Positions 23,537 through 38,500 of a stretch of DNA of 64,000 nt are shown in pieces. Each line of letters opens with the position of its first letter. Within the stretch, counting starts at the first letter, position 1. A model generated the notes under the pieces. That model saw nothing but the letters and a program-made list of their open reading frames with translations, was not told the DNA's origin and ran no database searches. This stretch comes from Isurus oxyrinchus. Lineage: Eukaryota. The translations under genes were made by a program, and so were the position numbers. The stretch covers positions 28,086,001-28,150,000 of the forward strand of contig JANJGN010000029.1 of assembly GCA_026770705.1 (NCBI GenBank), given 5' to 3'.

Positions 23537-26500
23537 CTATGAAAACATTCGAAAACATAGTAAGATTAATGACAAAACAAAAAAAAAATCTTTGTTACAA
23601 GCAATATGAATTTTTTATAGTCTATCTATTGTGCTATATTCTACTCGTCTCTGTTTTTCAAGTTGCGTTCTTCACCTTCTTTCGTTCTTCCCATACCACA
23701 GCCCACTTCTGCTTTTTGTGGAGGTCAACCTGTTCTCAGGTTCCTGTCTTTTCCCATTTACACACCTACAGGAATTATTCAATGGTGATGCAGATCAATT
23801 TCTCTCCATGAAACTTAAACTTTAGTGACTCCACAATTGTCTCCATTTTCTTCCCTGGCATGGGGGTGAGGAGTTTATGTTTAGAATACAGAGTAATGGG
23901 GAAAGGGGAAGAGGGGGTTTGATATACATGCTACCAGCCTCCTTTTTCTTTTTTTGGAATTGGCACGTGTGTTTTTCTAGACTTTTCCGTTTCAATCTCA
24001 AACCTGATTCGCAGGTGTCACAAATGTTTAATTTCTCCCATTTCTCATTTTACCTACTTACATACTTTAGTTCCCCCAAGATGGTTTTCTAGAGCAGTAT
24101 GTTGAGGAACCAACTAAGGAACGAGCTGTTTTAGATATAGTATCGTGCAATGAAAAAGGGCTAATTAATAATTCTGTTGTAAAGGAGCCTTTGGGAAAGA
24201 GTAGGGTACTGCATGGATCAACGCTTGGGCCCCAGTTATTTGCAATCTATATCAATGATTTGGTTGTGGGGATTAAATGTAATATTTCCATGTTTGCAGA
24301 TGATACAAAACTACGTGGAACTGAGTTGTGAGGAGGATGAAAGGATGCTTCAAGGAGATTTGGAGAGGCTAAGCGAGTGGGCAAAAATTTGGCAGATGGA
24401 ATACAATGTGGAGAAATGTGAGGTTTTCAGTTTGGCAGCAAAAACAGAAATACAGAGTGTTTCTGAAATGGTGTGAGGCTGGGAAGTGTTGAACTTCAAA
24501 GGGACCTGGGTGTCCTTGTTCATGAGTCATGAAAAGCTAACATGCAGGTACAGCAAACAATTAAGAAGGCAAATGGTATGTTGGCCTTTATTACAAGAGA
24601 AGTTGAGCACAGGGGTAAATATGTCTTACTGCAATTATATAGAGCCTTGGTGAGACTGCACCTGGAGTAGTGTGTGCAGTTTTGGTCTCCTTACCTAAGG
24701 AAAGATATTCTTGCCATAGAAGGAGTGTAATGAAGGTTCATTAAATTAATTCCTGGGATGGAGGGATTGGTTGAGCCTTTATTCCCTAAAGTTTTGTGAT
24801 TTTTGAATATTTTTTCTTCGTTCATAGGAGGTGGGCATCAATGGATCGGCAGTGGTGAACTGCCTTCTTGAACTGTTGCAGTACATGTGTTGTATGAACA
24901 CCCCGAGTGCTGTTCGGAAGGGAGTTCCAGGTTTTGACTAGTGACAGTGAAGCAACGGTGACGTAGTTCCAAGACAGTATGGTGTGTGGCTTGGAGGGGA
25001 ACTTGTTGGTGATAGTGTTTCCATGTATCTACTTCCCAGTCCTTCTAAGTGATAGAGGTTGTGGGTTTGAAAGGTGCTGTCAAAGGAGCCTAGGTGAGTC
25101 ACTGCAGTGCATCTTGCAGATGGTACACACTGCTGCCACTGTGTGTTGGTAGTGGAGGGAGTAAATGTTGAAGGTGGTAGATGGGTTGCCAATCAAGCAG
25201 GCTGCTTTGTCCTGGATAGTATCAATGTTCTTGAGTGTTATTGGAGCTGCACTCATCCAGGCAAGTGGAGAGTATTCCATTCCACTCCCACTGATGCCTT
25301 GTAGATGGTGGACAGGCTTTGGGCAGTCAGGAGATGAGTTACTCTCCACAGAATTCCCAGCCTATGACCTGCTCTTGTAGCTACAATATTTATATGGCTG
25401 GTCCAGTTCAGTTTCTGGGCAATGGTAACCCCCGGGATGTTGATAGTGGGGGATTCAGCAATTGTAATGCCATTGAATATCAAGAGGAGATGGTTAGATT
25501 CTCTCTTGTTGGAGAAGGTCAATGCCTGGCACTTGTGTGGCGTGAATGTTATTTGCTACTTATGAGGCTAAACCTCAATATTGTCCCCATCTTGCTGTGT
25601 ATGGACATGGATTGCTTCAACACCTGAGGATTCGTGAATGGTGCTAAACATACAAACATACGAATTAGGAGCAGGAGCAGGCTACTTGCCCCTGGCACCA
25701 GCTCCACCATTCATTATGATCATGGTTGATCTGATTGTAATTTCAACTCCACATTCCCGCCCACCCCGATAACCTTTCACCCCCTTGCTTATCAAGAATC
25801 CATCTAACTCTGCCTTAAAAATATTCAAAGACTCTGCTTCCACAACCTTTTGAGGAAGTGTTCCAAAGTCTCATGACCCTCTAAAAAAAAAATTCTCATC
25901 TCTGTTTTAAATAAGAGACCTCTTATTTTCAAACAGTGACCCCTAGTTCTAGATTCTCCCACAAGAAGAAACATCCTCTCCACACCCACCCTGTCAAGAC
26001 CCTTCAGGATCTTAAAAGTTTCAATCAAGTTGCGTCTTATTCTTCTAAACTCCAGTGGATACAAGCCTAGCCTGTGCAACCTTTCCTCATAAGACAACCC
26101 TTCCATTCCAGGTATTAGTCTGCTAAACCATTGTGCAATCATCCACAAACACCTCCACTACTGACCTTATGATGGAGGAAAGGTCATTGGTGAGGCAGCT
26201 GTGGCTGCTTCAGCTTAGGAAATTACCCTAAGGAACTCCTGCAGAAATATCCTAGGATTGAGATGATTGATCTCCAACAATCACAACCATCTTCCTTTGT
26301 CTTAGGTATGACTCAGATCAGTGGAGACTTTGCTCCCAATTCCCATTGACTTCAGTTTTGCTAGGGCTCCACATTGATGCCACATTTGGCCTAATGCTGT
26401 CTTGATGTCAAAGGCAGTATCTCCTGGTTTTATTTTTCACTGTGATTGCCCCCACCTCCCTCCCTCACTATTGGAATTGAAGCCTAACCATGTGCTGCAG

Positions 26501-29500
26501 CAGCTCACTGAGCTGCCAACACTTTGCACCATGGACAGTCAGTATGTGGATTTGCTGCTGCAACTCCACTCCAGCCGTGTTATTGCCTGTGCCGCCTGGG
26601 CAAACACGGAGCAGAAGGAAGGTGCTTCTACACACAAAGAGGAACAAGTGGAAGGGAAGGTCACTCTGGGCCACTCGTAATAATGTCCCAGAGGCTAGTT
26701 ACAGAGCAGCATTGTTACAGGCAGGCAGTAGTTTATCCATTTGTCCCATCAGCAAGGATGGAGTGGAACAGGAGTCTTGGTGAAAATAAATAAATAACAG
26801 AATTAAGTAAACCAACGTGACACTCAGGATTTAATTGGAGTAACAGAAATGTTTCAATCCTCAAGAGAATAATAATTATTTTTTGAACTCAGACCAGTAT
26901 TAGAAACTGACCTTTGACCCTGATGACCACTTCCTTCTCCTCAATTCCATATTGATTGGTAGCTCGACATTTATAAATTCCTTGATGTTCTGATGTTGCT
27001 TGGGAAATACGGAGAACTCCAGGAGGACCAATCTCAATGTTGCTGCCATTACTGGGGTCTTCCCACTTTACTGTAGGTGTGGGTTTTCCACTGGAATTAC
27101 AGGTTATTGTAACCTCATCTCCTTTACTGATGTTTACTGGAAACCCTGACACTGTTTTGTTATTTACTGATATAGTTGTGTCTCCTGGTTTATCTGGAAA
27201 AGAGAAAATAAAGATGAAAATAGCCAGTTACACCCACAGAATCACTAACACATACACAACTCCACATCAATGCTTGGATTAGCTGGATGCCCAAACTTAG
27301 CCACATATTGTGCTCTCTTCCATCTTCCAAGAGCCATTTCAGAGCAGCTGAATCCTTTCAGTACTGCCACTGCCTGGACTTTACTCCCAGGCACCTGTTA
27401 TTTTGTACAATGAAATGCAGTGCCATTGTGTAAATATAAAGTCAACATAACAGCCACTGTATTTGATTGCTCAACGATATCACAGAGTGTTCACTGCACC
27501 CAGAATAAAGGACGGTTCAAACATTAAATTTCCTGTAATCTGTTACTCACACAAAATGACTGCATTTACATATGAGCTTTTGGATCCATACTCATTGGTG
27601 ACTGTGCATTTGTACAGACCACCATGCTGCATTTGGACTGATGGGATGTGGAATATCTCTCCGCTGAATATCTTTTCATCTTTGGTCCAGAACACCTGGG
27701 GAGTTGGGTTCCCTTCACCTTGACATGTTAAATTCTGCGATTTCCCTTTAATCCAATCTTCTTGACCTTTAAAGATCTGTGCTTCTAATGGAGCATCTGT
27801 AAAATTCATTACAACAAAAAATTAAATCATGAAATTAAACAACAGAAAGTTCAAGTATCCTTCAGATCTTTCTGGTTATTTGTTTGGTGCTCTCTGGATG
27901 TCAGTGCCCAGAATAAAACTGGCTTCTATTTTAAAACCCAGCGTCAGCATCAAAAAGCCCCAGGTCAAGTAAAACACAGGGTAAAGGCAGAGTAAGTTTC
28001 CCTGTACTTTGCAGAAAACAGCAAAGTTCTGAGTGCTGCTTTTGAGAAATTGCCAAGTGATTTCAGGTTTCTGTTGGAATCTTGAATAATTGATTCAGCA
28101 ACACTCTGAGAATAAAGAAAACTGGTGACAGGTTTCATTTCTAATCCTCTAAGAGGAGGTTTCCAGCTCACTAGTTAGATAGAACAGTTGAAGTAGTGTG
28201 CACGCGAGTGTGCCCTGTGATGGACTGCATCCCACCCTGGGTGTACACCGCCTAGCATCCATTGCCTGTCAGGATAGGTTCCAACTCCCTGTGAACCTGA
28301 ATTGGATGAATTGGAAAGTGAGTGAGTGAGTGAAAGATCTGTCATGCAATGTTGGTGCCAGCTAAGCAGTTTGTTGCAGGGTGGCTGAGTTGTACTATTA
28401 ATGATAGAGTTGATCAGCAAACACTTCTTGGGTGGAAACTTTAAATTTATTTACAATATACTCAGCAGCAACTACACGTGTGCTTTCAACTCCAGCTCTA
28501 TCTCCATCTCCACACTGACTGCTGACGTAGCCTGCGCTACACTGATATTGGTTACTACAGATCATGTGATCTTGCCTAACAAGTATTATTCTTAAAGATA
28601 CACTGCACACTAAACAAAACCATTGTTACTACATTCCTCTCCATTTAACTGGGCTATATTATATTTACAAGTACATATTTTTCAAGATAACATAATATTT
28701 ACACTGGGTAAGAAATTTATAAGTTCAGTCTTTCAGGTGGTTTCCTCTCGTGACTATGCCAGTTGTGTCTAGTTTTCTGGCTTCCCTGACTCATTTCCAC
28801 CTTCTCCTCTAAATTCGGCATTATTAGGCTCAATCTCGCCCTGAGACAGTGTTTCAACAGTAACTCCACAGGTGTGACACCTGTTGTGTGAGGGATAGTC
28901 CTGTAATGAGAAAGAAAGCATCCTAGCTTGGTTGCCAAGGAATCACCAGTTAGCTTTTTCATCCCTGCTTTGGATGTTTGAACCACCCTTTCAGCCAGTC
29001 TATTTGAGGAAGGGTGGTATGGTGCAGTTTTCACATGAGCGATATGGTTGAGGTTGATAAACCGTTGAAACTCAGCATTCATAAATGCTGTGCTGTTATC
29101 TAAAATGTCTACTTCTGGCAGGCCGTGAATAGCACAACTCTGACGTAGTTTCTCAATTGTAATGGCCGACGTTGGTGACTTCACCTCATATACATCCAAT
29201 CATTTTGAAAGGGCATCAACAATGAGCAGGAACATTGTTCCAAGGAAAGGTCCAATGTAGTCGATGTGTAACCACACCCAGGGTCTACCTGGCCACTCCC
29301 ATGGGTGTAATGGAGCTGTCACTGGCAACTTTTACAGTTGCTGACATTGCACACAGTGCTTTACTAAACTCTCCATTTCACCATCCATCCCAGGGCACCA
29401 TAGATAGCTGCGTGCTATGGTCTCCATTTGGGAAATCCCTGGATGGGCACTGTACAGTTCAATTAAAAGTGGTTCCCTCCCTTTGGAGGAACTATTACAC

Positions 29501-32500
29501 GTGCTCCTCACAATAAGATGCCACCCTGGCTGGTTATTTCATGTCTTCTGTTGAAGTACAGTTTCATTTTGTCAGTTATGGGCTCCTGTGACCAACAATG
29601 TAGCACTTGTTCTCGTGCTTGAGATAGGACTGGGTCCCGACTTGTCCAGTCTTTGACTACCGGCGAGAAACCTATGAAATTTAACAGTAAAAAGTTCCTG
29701 TGGAACTGGGATGTGCTCTTCATTTTCTTGTGAAGGCAAACGACTAAGGTCATCAGTGTTTGCGATTTGATTACCAGTCCTATGTACGAAAGTGTATTCG
29801 TATGCTGCCACAATTAAAGCCCATTGTTGTATCCTTGCTGAGGCGATGGGTACTATAGTTTTGGCCTCACTAAATAATCCTAGCAATGGTTTGTGGTCTG
29901 AAACAATTATAAAATGACGGCCGTGTATGTACTAGTGAAGTTTTTTGACACCAAAGATGATGGACTGGCCTTTTTCTATTGTGAGTATCTCTTTTCCGCT
30001 GTGGTGAGTGTTCTTGATATGTAACCTAGCGGCTCTTCTGTGCCGTTGTGCATCTGATGAGAGAGCACTGCTCCCATTCCATAGAACCATAGAACCATAG
30101 AAAAGTTACAGCACAGAAGGAGGCCATTCAGCCCATCTTGTCCATGCCAGCCCAAGGACACCCAGGTGCCCTTTCTAATCCCACCTTCCTGCACCCGGCC
30201 CATAGTCCTGCAGCTTACTGCACTTTAGGTGCAGATCCAGGTACTTTTTAAAAAGAGTTTAAAGTTTCTGCCTTAAAGACGTTCTTTGGTGCAGGAGCAT
30301 CTCTTATGGCTCTCACTTTCTCCTCAATTGGGTAGAGGCCCTGTGAATCTACCAGTGATCCAAATAGATTACATCCTTTTCTTGGAATATGCACTTTTCA
30401 TTTTTTAAAAGCATTCCAGCTTGCAAGAAACATTTTAAGGCTTCATCTAAGTTTGCCAAGTGCTCTTTTTCAGAGAATCCTGTCACTAAAGTAGCCCTGT
30501 CCCTAAATAGACTACAACCTGGGGCAGTCCCTGCAGTAAGCTTTCCACTGCTCTCTGAAAGATGGCACAAGCGGAGGAGACACCGAAGGGCAATCGTGTA
30601 TATTCGTACAACTCTTTGTGGGTATTAGTTGTGACAAATTCCTGGGAGGCATTATCCAACTCTAATTGTTGATAACATGACTCATGTCAAGCTTAGTGTA
30701 TGCTGTCCCTCCTGCCAGCTTGGCATACAGGTCTTTGATTTTTGGAATGGGTGCCTGTTTAGCTGAGCTACATTATTAACCGTCAGTTTGTATTCTCCAC
30801 AAATTTGGACACTTTGGTTACGTTCAAGGATGGGGACTATGGGTACTGCCCATTCTGAGATGCCCATTCTGAGAACTGAATAGGTTGTATAACGCCCAGT
30901 TTCTCTAGTCTGTTCAGTTCAATGTCAACTTTTTCTTCCAGGACATATGGCATTGGGCTTGCCTTCATGAAGCGAGGGGTTGCTGCTCTGCAGGCCCTGG
31001 ATTTTCCCCAGTTCACCCTTAAAGATGGTGGCGTACTTTCTAAATCGCTCTGGTAGCCCACTTGCTCTCGACTGGAAAATTTCAGCCCATTCTAACTGAA
31101 TTTCCATTAACCAATTTCACCCCAGGAGACTTGGCCCTTCACCTGCTACCACCATCAAGGGTAGCTTTGCCAATTGGCTTCCATAACGGACAGTTACTCT
31201 GCTTATGCCTTTTATCTGAAGTCTTCACCCGTATATATTTATAGCTTGGTGTCTGTTTCTTCTAAACTTAATTAATGTTCGCCATTATTCAAATATCCGA
31301 AGGTCTGTTCCCCAATTACTGTAGTGGAAGCTCCCGCGTCCACTTCCATTCTAACAGGTTTGCCATTTACTTTCACTGTGACAAATATTGGCTCTGTTTT
31401 TCCAACTTTCATATAAAACTGTGAGTAAATGTCTGAATTTGTTGTTTCAGGCTCTTCTACATCATAGATTTCATTGGGCTTCTTCTTTTGTTCACAAGCC
31501 TGCTTGGATCTTTCCTTACACTGCATCATCATATACCCATTTCTATGACAATAGTAGCATTCGATTTTTTTAAACTGCCAATCATTAAAAGACTGATTGT
31601 TTCCACCTCTATCAAAGTCATTCTTCGATTTCACTGTTAAGTTATTTTTCTTTATTCTTCATCTAGCGGGGGCTGTTTCCTGCTTCTCAGCAGAGTCTCG
31701 CTTTTTCGCGCCTCTTTTGGCTGAGAGATCCCCCATGGCCATCTCTACCTCTAGCACTTTCTTGAAATCCAGATTGACCTTGGTCAATAATATTTTCTGA
31801 ATAGTGTCCTCTTCCACACCACACACTAAACAATCTCTGAGCATGTTGTTCAGAGTCGTACTGAACTCACAATGTTCCGTTAGCTGCTTCAAATTTGCCA
31901 TGTAGCATGCAATTGTCTAACCCGGGGCTGTATTTCATGAATTAAACCGGAACCTCTGCATTGTGACTGAGGGCTTTGGTTGAACATGACCCTTCACGAG
32001 GTCCACCAATTCATCGAAATTCTTCAAATTTGGGGCATTGGGTGCTTGAAACTTTGAATCAAGCTGGAGATATTGCGCCCACAAGTACTCAAGAGGATCA
32101 CTCGCTTCTTCTCTTCCCCCGTAATCTCGTTCACTTGAAAAAAAGAACATGAGGCATTCTATATGTTGAGACCAATCGTCTTTGGCTGGTTCAAAAGTAT
32201 TAATTCTCTCAAATTCTTCAAGTCTAATGGAGCTTGCGACTTACAATTGCTGAGCAAGGTACAGTGCCGATTTCTTTCCAACTTGACTTCTTCTGTTCAA
32301 TCCTGTTTTATCCTTATCACCAGTTTGTTGTAGGGTGGCCGAGTTGTACTATTAATGATTAAGTTGATCAGCAGACACTTCTTGGGCGCAAACTTTAAGT
32401 TAATTTACAATATATTTAGCCCGAACTTCAAGTGTGCTTTCAACTCCAACTCCATCTCCACACTGACTGCTGAGGCAACCTGTGCTACTCTCCTATTGGT

Positions 32501-35500
32501 TACTACAGATCATGTGATCGTGCCTAACAAGTATTATTCCTAAAGGTACATTGCACACTAAATAAAACCATAATTACTACACAGTTGAACTTTATTTCTG
32601 GGCTGAATTTTATGCTGCAAGATCTGGAGTGTTTCCCACTTTGCAGAGTGTATTATGGGATGTGTTGATGTCGGGTGTTGTTTATGACGTCATCATGTTG
32701 GTTTTCGATAATATGGCAGGTGGGAGGGTCAAAAAGTTGGGAACCCGCCTGTGTTATTTAAGTTTCAATTTAAAAGATAATTCAGCTAATGAGCTACCCA
32801 TCTCAGTGCAATAATAGTCAAAAGGCAATAATACACCCACAGGGCATGATTTACAACAGGTGGGAATCTGTTTTTTAAGGGCAAGCATCTTTAGGTGGTT
32901 TTAAAACTGCAGCTGAGACCAGAGTCTGAGCTTTGCAGTTCAAACTCTATTGACTGTGGGAACTGCTCATTTGAGTGGGCAGAGGAACCTGTTGGATATT
33001 TTTCATGAGGAGAACTCTCCTCTGATTCAGAGGGCTCTTTTGATGGATTATTTTTCGGTGCATTAATGAGGGGTGAAAAGTATGTGAGACAAATGGGGAT
33101 CATTGTCTCAGCTGGAGACACAGCCTGCAATGAGGAGGAGAGAAGGATAAGGAGGAGGAGAAGGGTGAGAGGAAGAAGGGAACACTAGAAGACTCATGAT
33201 GCTGTCGTTCCTCAGGAAGGGGACAGAGCAGTGCCAAACCCCAAAGGTCAGAAGGAGCCCAGAAACCCTCATCTGAGGTGCAGCTGAACCTACCACCCCA
33301 AGGGGATACAGGCAGTGATTCAGCCACCAGCAACCGAGTGAGACTCGGTGCAGAAGAAGACTCAAAGACTTCCAATAGCGACTTCCTTTTTATTCATTCA
33401 TGGGATGTGGGCGTCACTGGCTAGGCCAGCATTTATTGCCCATCCCTAATTGCCTTTGAGATGGTGTTAGTGAGCTGCCTTCTTGAACCGCTGCAGTCCA
33501 TGTGGTGTAGGTATACCCACAGTGCTGTTAGGAAGGGAGTTCCAGGGTCTCCAGCGACAGTGAAGGAACGGTGATATATTTCCAAATCAGGACGCTGAGT
33601 GGCTTGGAGGGAAACTTCTAGGTGGTGGTGTTAGTATCTGTCTGCTGCCCTTGGCCTTCTAGATGGCAGTGGTCGTGAGCTTGGAAGGGTTTCTAAAGAG
33701 GCCTGGTGAGTTTCTGTAGTGTATCTTGTAGCTGGTACACACTGCTGCCTCTGTACATCGGTGGTGGCGGGAATGAATGTTTGTGGATGGGGTGCCAAGC
33801 AAGCGGGCTGCTTTGTTCTGGACGGTGTCAAGCTTCTTGAGTGTGGTTGGAGCTGCACTCATTCATTGGAGTATTCCATCACACTCCTGACTTGTGCCTT
33901 GTAGGTGATGGACAGTCTTTGGGGAGTCAGGAGGTGAGTTACTCGTTGCAGGATTCCTAACCTCTGATCTACTCTTGTAGCCACAGTATTTATATGGCTG
34001 GTCCAGTTCAGTTTCTGGTCAATGGTAACTCCCAGGATGTTGATGGTGGTGGATTCAGTGATGATAATGCCATTGAATGTCACAGGGAGAGGTCGGATTC
34101 TATCTTGTTGGTGATGGTCAATACCTGCCATTTGTGTGGCATGAATATTACTTGCCACTTATCAGCCCGATCCTGAATGTTGTCCAAGTCTTGCTGCATA
34201 TGGGCACAGACTGCGTCAGTATTTGAGGAGTTGTGAATGCTGCTGACCATGGAGAAATCATCCCCATTTCTGACCTTATGATGGAAGGAAGATCATTGAT
34301 GAAGCAGCTGAAGATGGTTGGGCCTAGGACACTACCCTGAGGAACTCCTGCAGTGATGTCCTGGAGCTGAGATGATTGACCTCCGACAACTACAACCATC
34401 TTCCTTTGTGCTGGGTATGACTCCAATCAGCAGAGAGTTTTCCCCCTGATTCCCATTGACTCCAGTTTTGTTTGGGCTCCTTGATGCCACACTCGGACAA
34501 ATGCTGCCTTGACATCAAGTGCAGTCACTCTTCTCTCGCCTCGGGGAATCCGCTCTTTTGTCTATGTTTGAACCAAGGCTGTAATGAGGTAAGTAGCTGA
34601 GTGACCCTGGCAGAACCCAATTGGAGTGTCAGTGAGCAGGTTATTGCTAAGCAAGTGCCACTTGATAGCACTGTTGATGGCCCCTTCCATCACCTTACTG
34701 ATGACTGAGAGTAGATCGATGGGGCAGTAATTGGCCAGGTTGGATTTGTCCTGCTTTTTGTGTACAGGATATAACTAGGCAATTTTGCACATTGCTGGGT
34801 AGATGCCAGTGTTGTAGCCATACTGGAACAGCCTGGCTAGGGGCACAGCAGGTTCTGCAGCATAAGTGACGTCAGCATGTTAAATGTTCGGAGGGGAGAT
34901 CTCATCCAGTTGCCTTGGGAGCCACCAATGCCTGTTGCATTGAAGGTGACAGTGGTTCTTCACTTCTTTGCAATAGGCGTCATTCCAGTCAGCCTGTGGA
35001 GACCTCAGTGGGATAATGACACCGACTGCACACCATTGCATCAAGCTGTTTGCAGATGTGCTGTTCTGAAGGGCTGGAAATTACGTGGACAGCCATGCAG
35101 CAGAAAGGGCTTGCACTTGATCAACCTGCAGCTGGTGTGCGACCATAATTGGCAGGTCATACAGGTCTGTGCCAGGTACTCAGGCAGCAGTCACAACCCA
35201 TACATCCTTAGGAACTCAAAGACACCAAACCTTTTCACTGGCCCACATTCCTTGGAGTTGTGGATACGAGGGGATAAGGGTTATCCACTGAAAAGATGCC
35301 TAATGATGCCTGTGAAGGTGCCCCCAGACCTGACCCAGACAGAAGGTATAATGAGAGCCACACCAGCACCAGGGCCACAGCGGAACAGCCCATCGGTCTA
35401 AAGATGCAATTCTGATGCCTGTACTGATCTGGAAGTGCATTGCAGTGCTCCCCCTCAGGTGTGTGGCTGATGGTCATGATTTGCTGGGCACTCCATAACA

Positions 35501-38500
35501 TCGCCATTTAACAGGGAGATGCCCTGGAGAATGATGACATGCCAGATAGCAGCCAATCCTCTGAGGACATGGACGATGCTGAGTTGAGTGGCCACAGTGT
35601 TGCTCCTGCTGATGGCCCTGACTGTGATCAAGTGGATGGCCATGTCACCAGGGATGCCCCAGTATGGCAAAGTTTTCTATAAAACGTCTTGCCACTATTA
35701 CAGAGGGGTTTGGTGAACTCTTGGCCCTCCTTTTCCCAGCGCTCTGCATGAACTGGTCATGTTGAACATATGCTGCACGAAGAGGGGTACAAGGGCGGCC
35801 TGACTAAATCGGGCAGTTTCACCCCTGCAAGAACGCTTCTCCCCCTCGCTCTGGTGGTGCGGGCGTCTCTCCATGGGAATATGGAATTACTGTACAAGCC
35901 CTCAATCCAAAAGGTGGGAGTCCTGCTGATTTTGAAAAACTGCTGCCACCTATTAAGATTGACATGGTTGGCAGAGATGAACCAAAATTGAAATTGACGC
36001 GCCTGGCCAGACTGGAAAATGTACGAATCTTTACTGTTTGTAGATGCACTCGACTGATCATCTGCTGGGTCAGCTGACACTGCCCTGTGCCAGGAGCCCA
36101 TTAACGTGCTGGTCATGACATTGTTCCAGGTCACAGCCAGCAGCCTCAGAGACCAGACACCCCACCCTCCAGCACTCATTTGGCAGGATGACGGTCTATA
36201 AACCGCCATTGCCGTGAATTCGCGGTAATCATTGTATTATTGGGTGTGCACTGACGGTGGGCCCAGAAGTTGGATTACCGCTGAACCCACCATCGGCGCG
36301 TGACTATTATTATTCAGCCCTCAGACTTTGAAGGCAGCCTTGTCAGCATGCAGCTCCATTACAGATCCACTGGGTGGCAGTGTTAGTAAATATCTGACAG
36401 CCTCTCACTCCATTCAGAAAGCAGCCTTTTTCACCCTCCATCCACTGTGGCCATTCCCCCAAAGTTGCCTCCGGATCCCACCTGAACAAAATGGTGGAAC
36501 CCCTCAGGCATTGCATGAGATTTCATATCCATAATAGCCGCTCAATGAAAATAGGTACCGAGAGTTCACAAGGCAAAGATTCCATACATTGCATATTCCC
36601 CCAAACAACACACTATACTCCGCTATGAACTCAGGGATACCCATTGGCACAAACACCTCACCACTCTGTGCCTCCTGACTGTGAATTCCACATTGCAGCA
36701 TGAGCTTAAACTGCCAGTGATTCTCCACTTCTGTGCTGCACTCCCATCGATAAAACCCTCAACCCACATTACCCTAATTGACAATTCATCTCATGCCAGC
36801 GTTATCTTCGATTTATTAAAAACTCAAATTTGATGCAACAAGAGAAAAGAGAAACAAGCAGCATAGAGGACCGGAAGAGACAAAATCACACAGGAGTAAA
36901 GAACATTCCAGAAATAAGCGGGATCAGATGGGAAATGTGCGATAATCTAAGATAGGTTTGGAGTACATATGCACAATTTGGCAAAGCACGATAAGTAAGG
37001 TTGGTGAGCTGCATGCACAAGTCACCACATGGATCTATGATATAGTGACAAGAAGAGAAACCTGGCTTAAAGAAGGGGAGGATTGGGAATTTATTATTCC
37101 TGGCTACAAGACATTCAGCAAAAATAGGCGAGGAAAAGATGACCGGTGTAGCAGTATTGATGAAAGAAAGGGGAGTGATGGTGGCTGGAATTTTACACTT
37201 CCCAGGAGTTGGACGGCAAGTGGGGGGTGGTGTGTAAAATAATCAGGTGGGATTCTGGGGTGTCCATCACATTCCTGCCTCCACTGGTATTTTAGCATCG
37301 GCAGGGTAGGTGTTAAGTGGCATTCACACCCACCCTCGGGCTAATGTCCACTTAAGGATCTCTTCCAGTCACAGCTGATGGTGGGGAGACCACGTGATGT
37401 GGCGAGGCTGCCAGAGTTGGGGAGGGGGTGTGGGGGGTCTTCCTCTTGTTGCTGTTCCCCTGTGCCCAACAAGGAAACCCAGTGGAAAGGGAGCCTCATC
37501 TCGATTACCACCCCGCCTGGCCCCCCAATTACCAACCCCCACACCCACCCTGCTAGTGATTATATACTATAGGCTACCAAATAGAGGGAAGGACAGAGGG
37601 GCAAGTCTTCAGGTAAATTACCGAAAGATGCAAGAACTGCAGAGTGGTGATAATGGGGGACTTCAATCATCCTAATGTGGACTGTGATTGTAGCAGAGTA
37701 AACAGCGCAAAGAAAATCCTGGAACGTATACAAGAGAAGTTTCTTGATCAGTGCTTCTCTAGCCTAACAAGGAAGGAAACAGTACTGGATCTAGTTCTGT
37801 GGAACAGGAGTAAGTGGCAAATGTTTTACTGGGAGAGCATATAGGGAACAGTGATCATAATACCTAATCTTGACAGTTGGTATTTACAAACAAGGCTGAG
37901 AATTTTAAAATTAAGACTTTGTTCACCTGGAGCTATTGTAGGTCAGTGAGCATAAAGGTGCTAGACGAACAGGAGTTGCTGCATGTTAAGACACAGACAG
38001 TAGAGTTTTGGATGACCTAAAGTCTACAGAGGGTAGTATGTGGGAAATCAGTCAGGAGTGTGTTGGAATAATCAAGTCAAGTCAGGATAGAAAGCAGAGC
38101 ATAATGAACAGTGGTGTTTGCCAGGGCTCAGTATGAGGACCACTGCTTTTTTTCTATATACTGTACATTAATAACCTGAACCTGGGCACAATTTTTGCAG
38201 ATGACATAAAACTTGGAAATGTAGTAAATAATGAGGTGGACATTAACAGACCTTTGCAGGACATAGACGAGTGAAATGGACAGATCCAGAGAAGTGTAAA
38301 GTGATACCTTTCCACATTCTTCCAAGCAAAATGTAATATGAATTAAATGGTGCAAATAAAAAGGAGATGCAGGAACGGAGTGACCTGTGAGTATAGGTAC
38401 ATAAATCTTTGAAGGTAGTTGAATAAGTTTTGAAGGCTCTTAGAAAAGGATGTAGAATCCTTGACTTTATCAATAGAGGAATAGGGTACAAAAGAAGGGA

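Larger units (their letters stand above)
28372..32581 (-). mobile_element. Decayed Gypsy LTR retrotransposon (Mag-like) with both LTRs
   Basis: TG..CA LTRs 28372-28633 and 32326-32581 (~88% identical by eye), 5-bp TSD CAGTT, PBS-like TGGTGATAAGG, PPT; fragments of gag (CxxC knuckle), protease (VDAGA), RT, RNase H and integrase (APYHPSSNRLAER). Confidence 0.92.

Noticed and set aside
23645-23767. Alternative acceptor giving a secreted isoform (KG-V-stop)
   Set aside because: Weak pyrimidine tract and no other support.
34877-35401. Domesticated HARBI1-like gene
   Set aside because: Frameshifted, internally deleted and still within TIRs.
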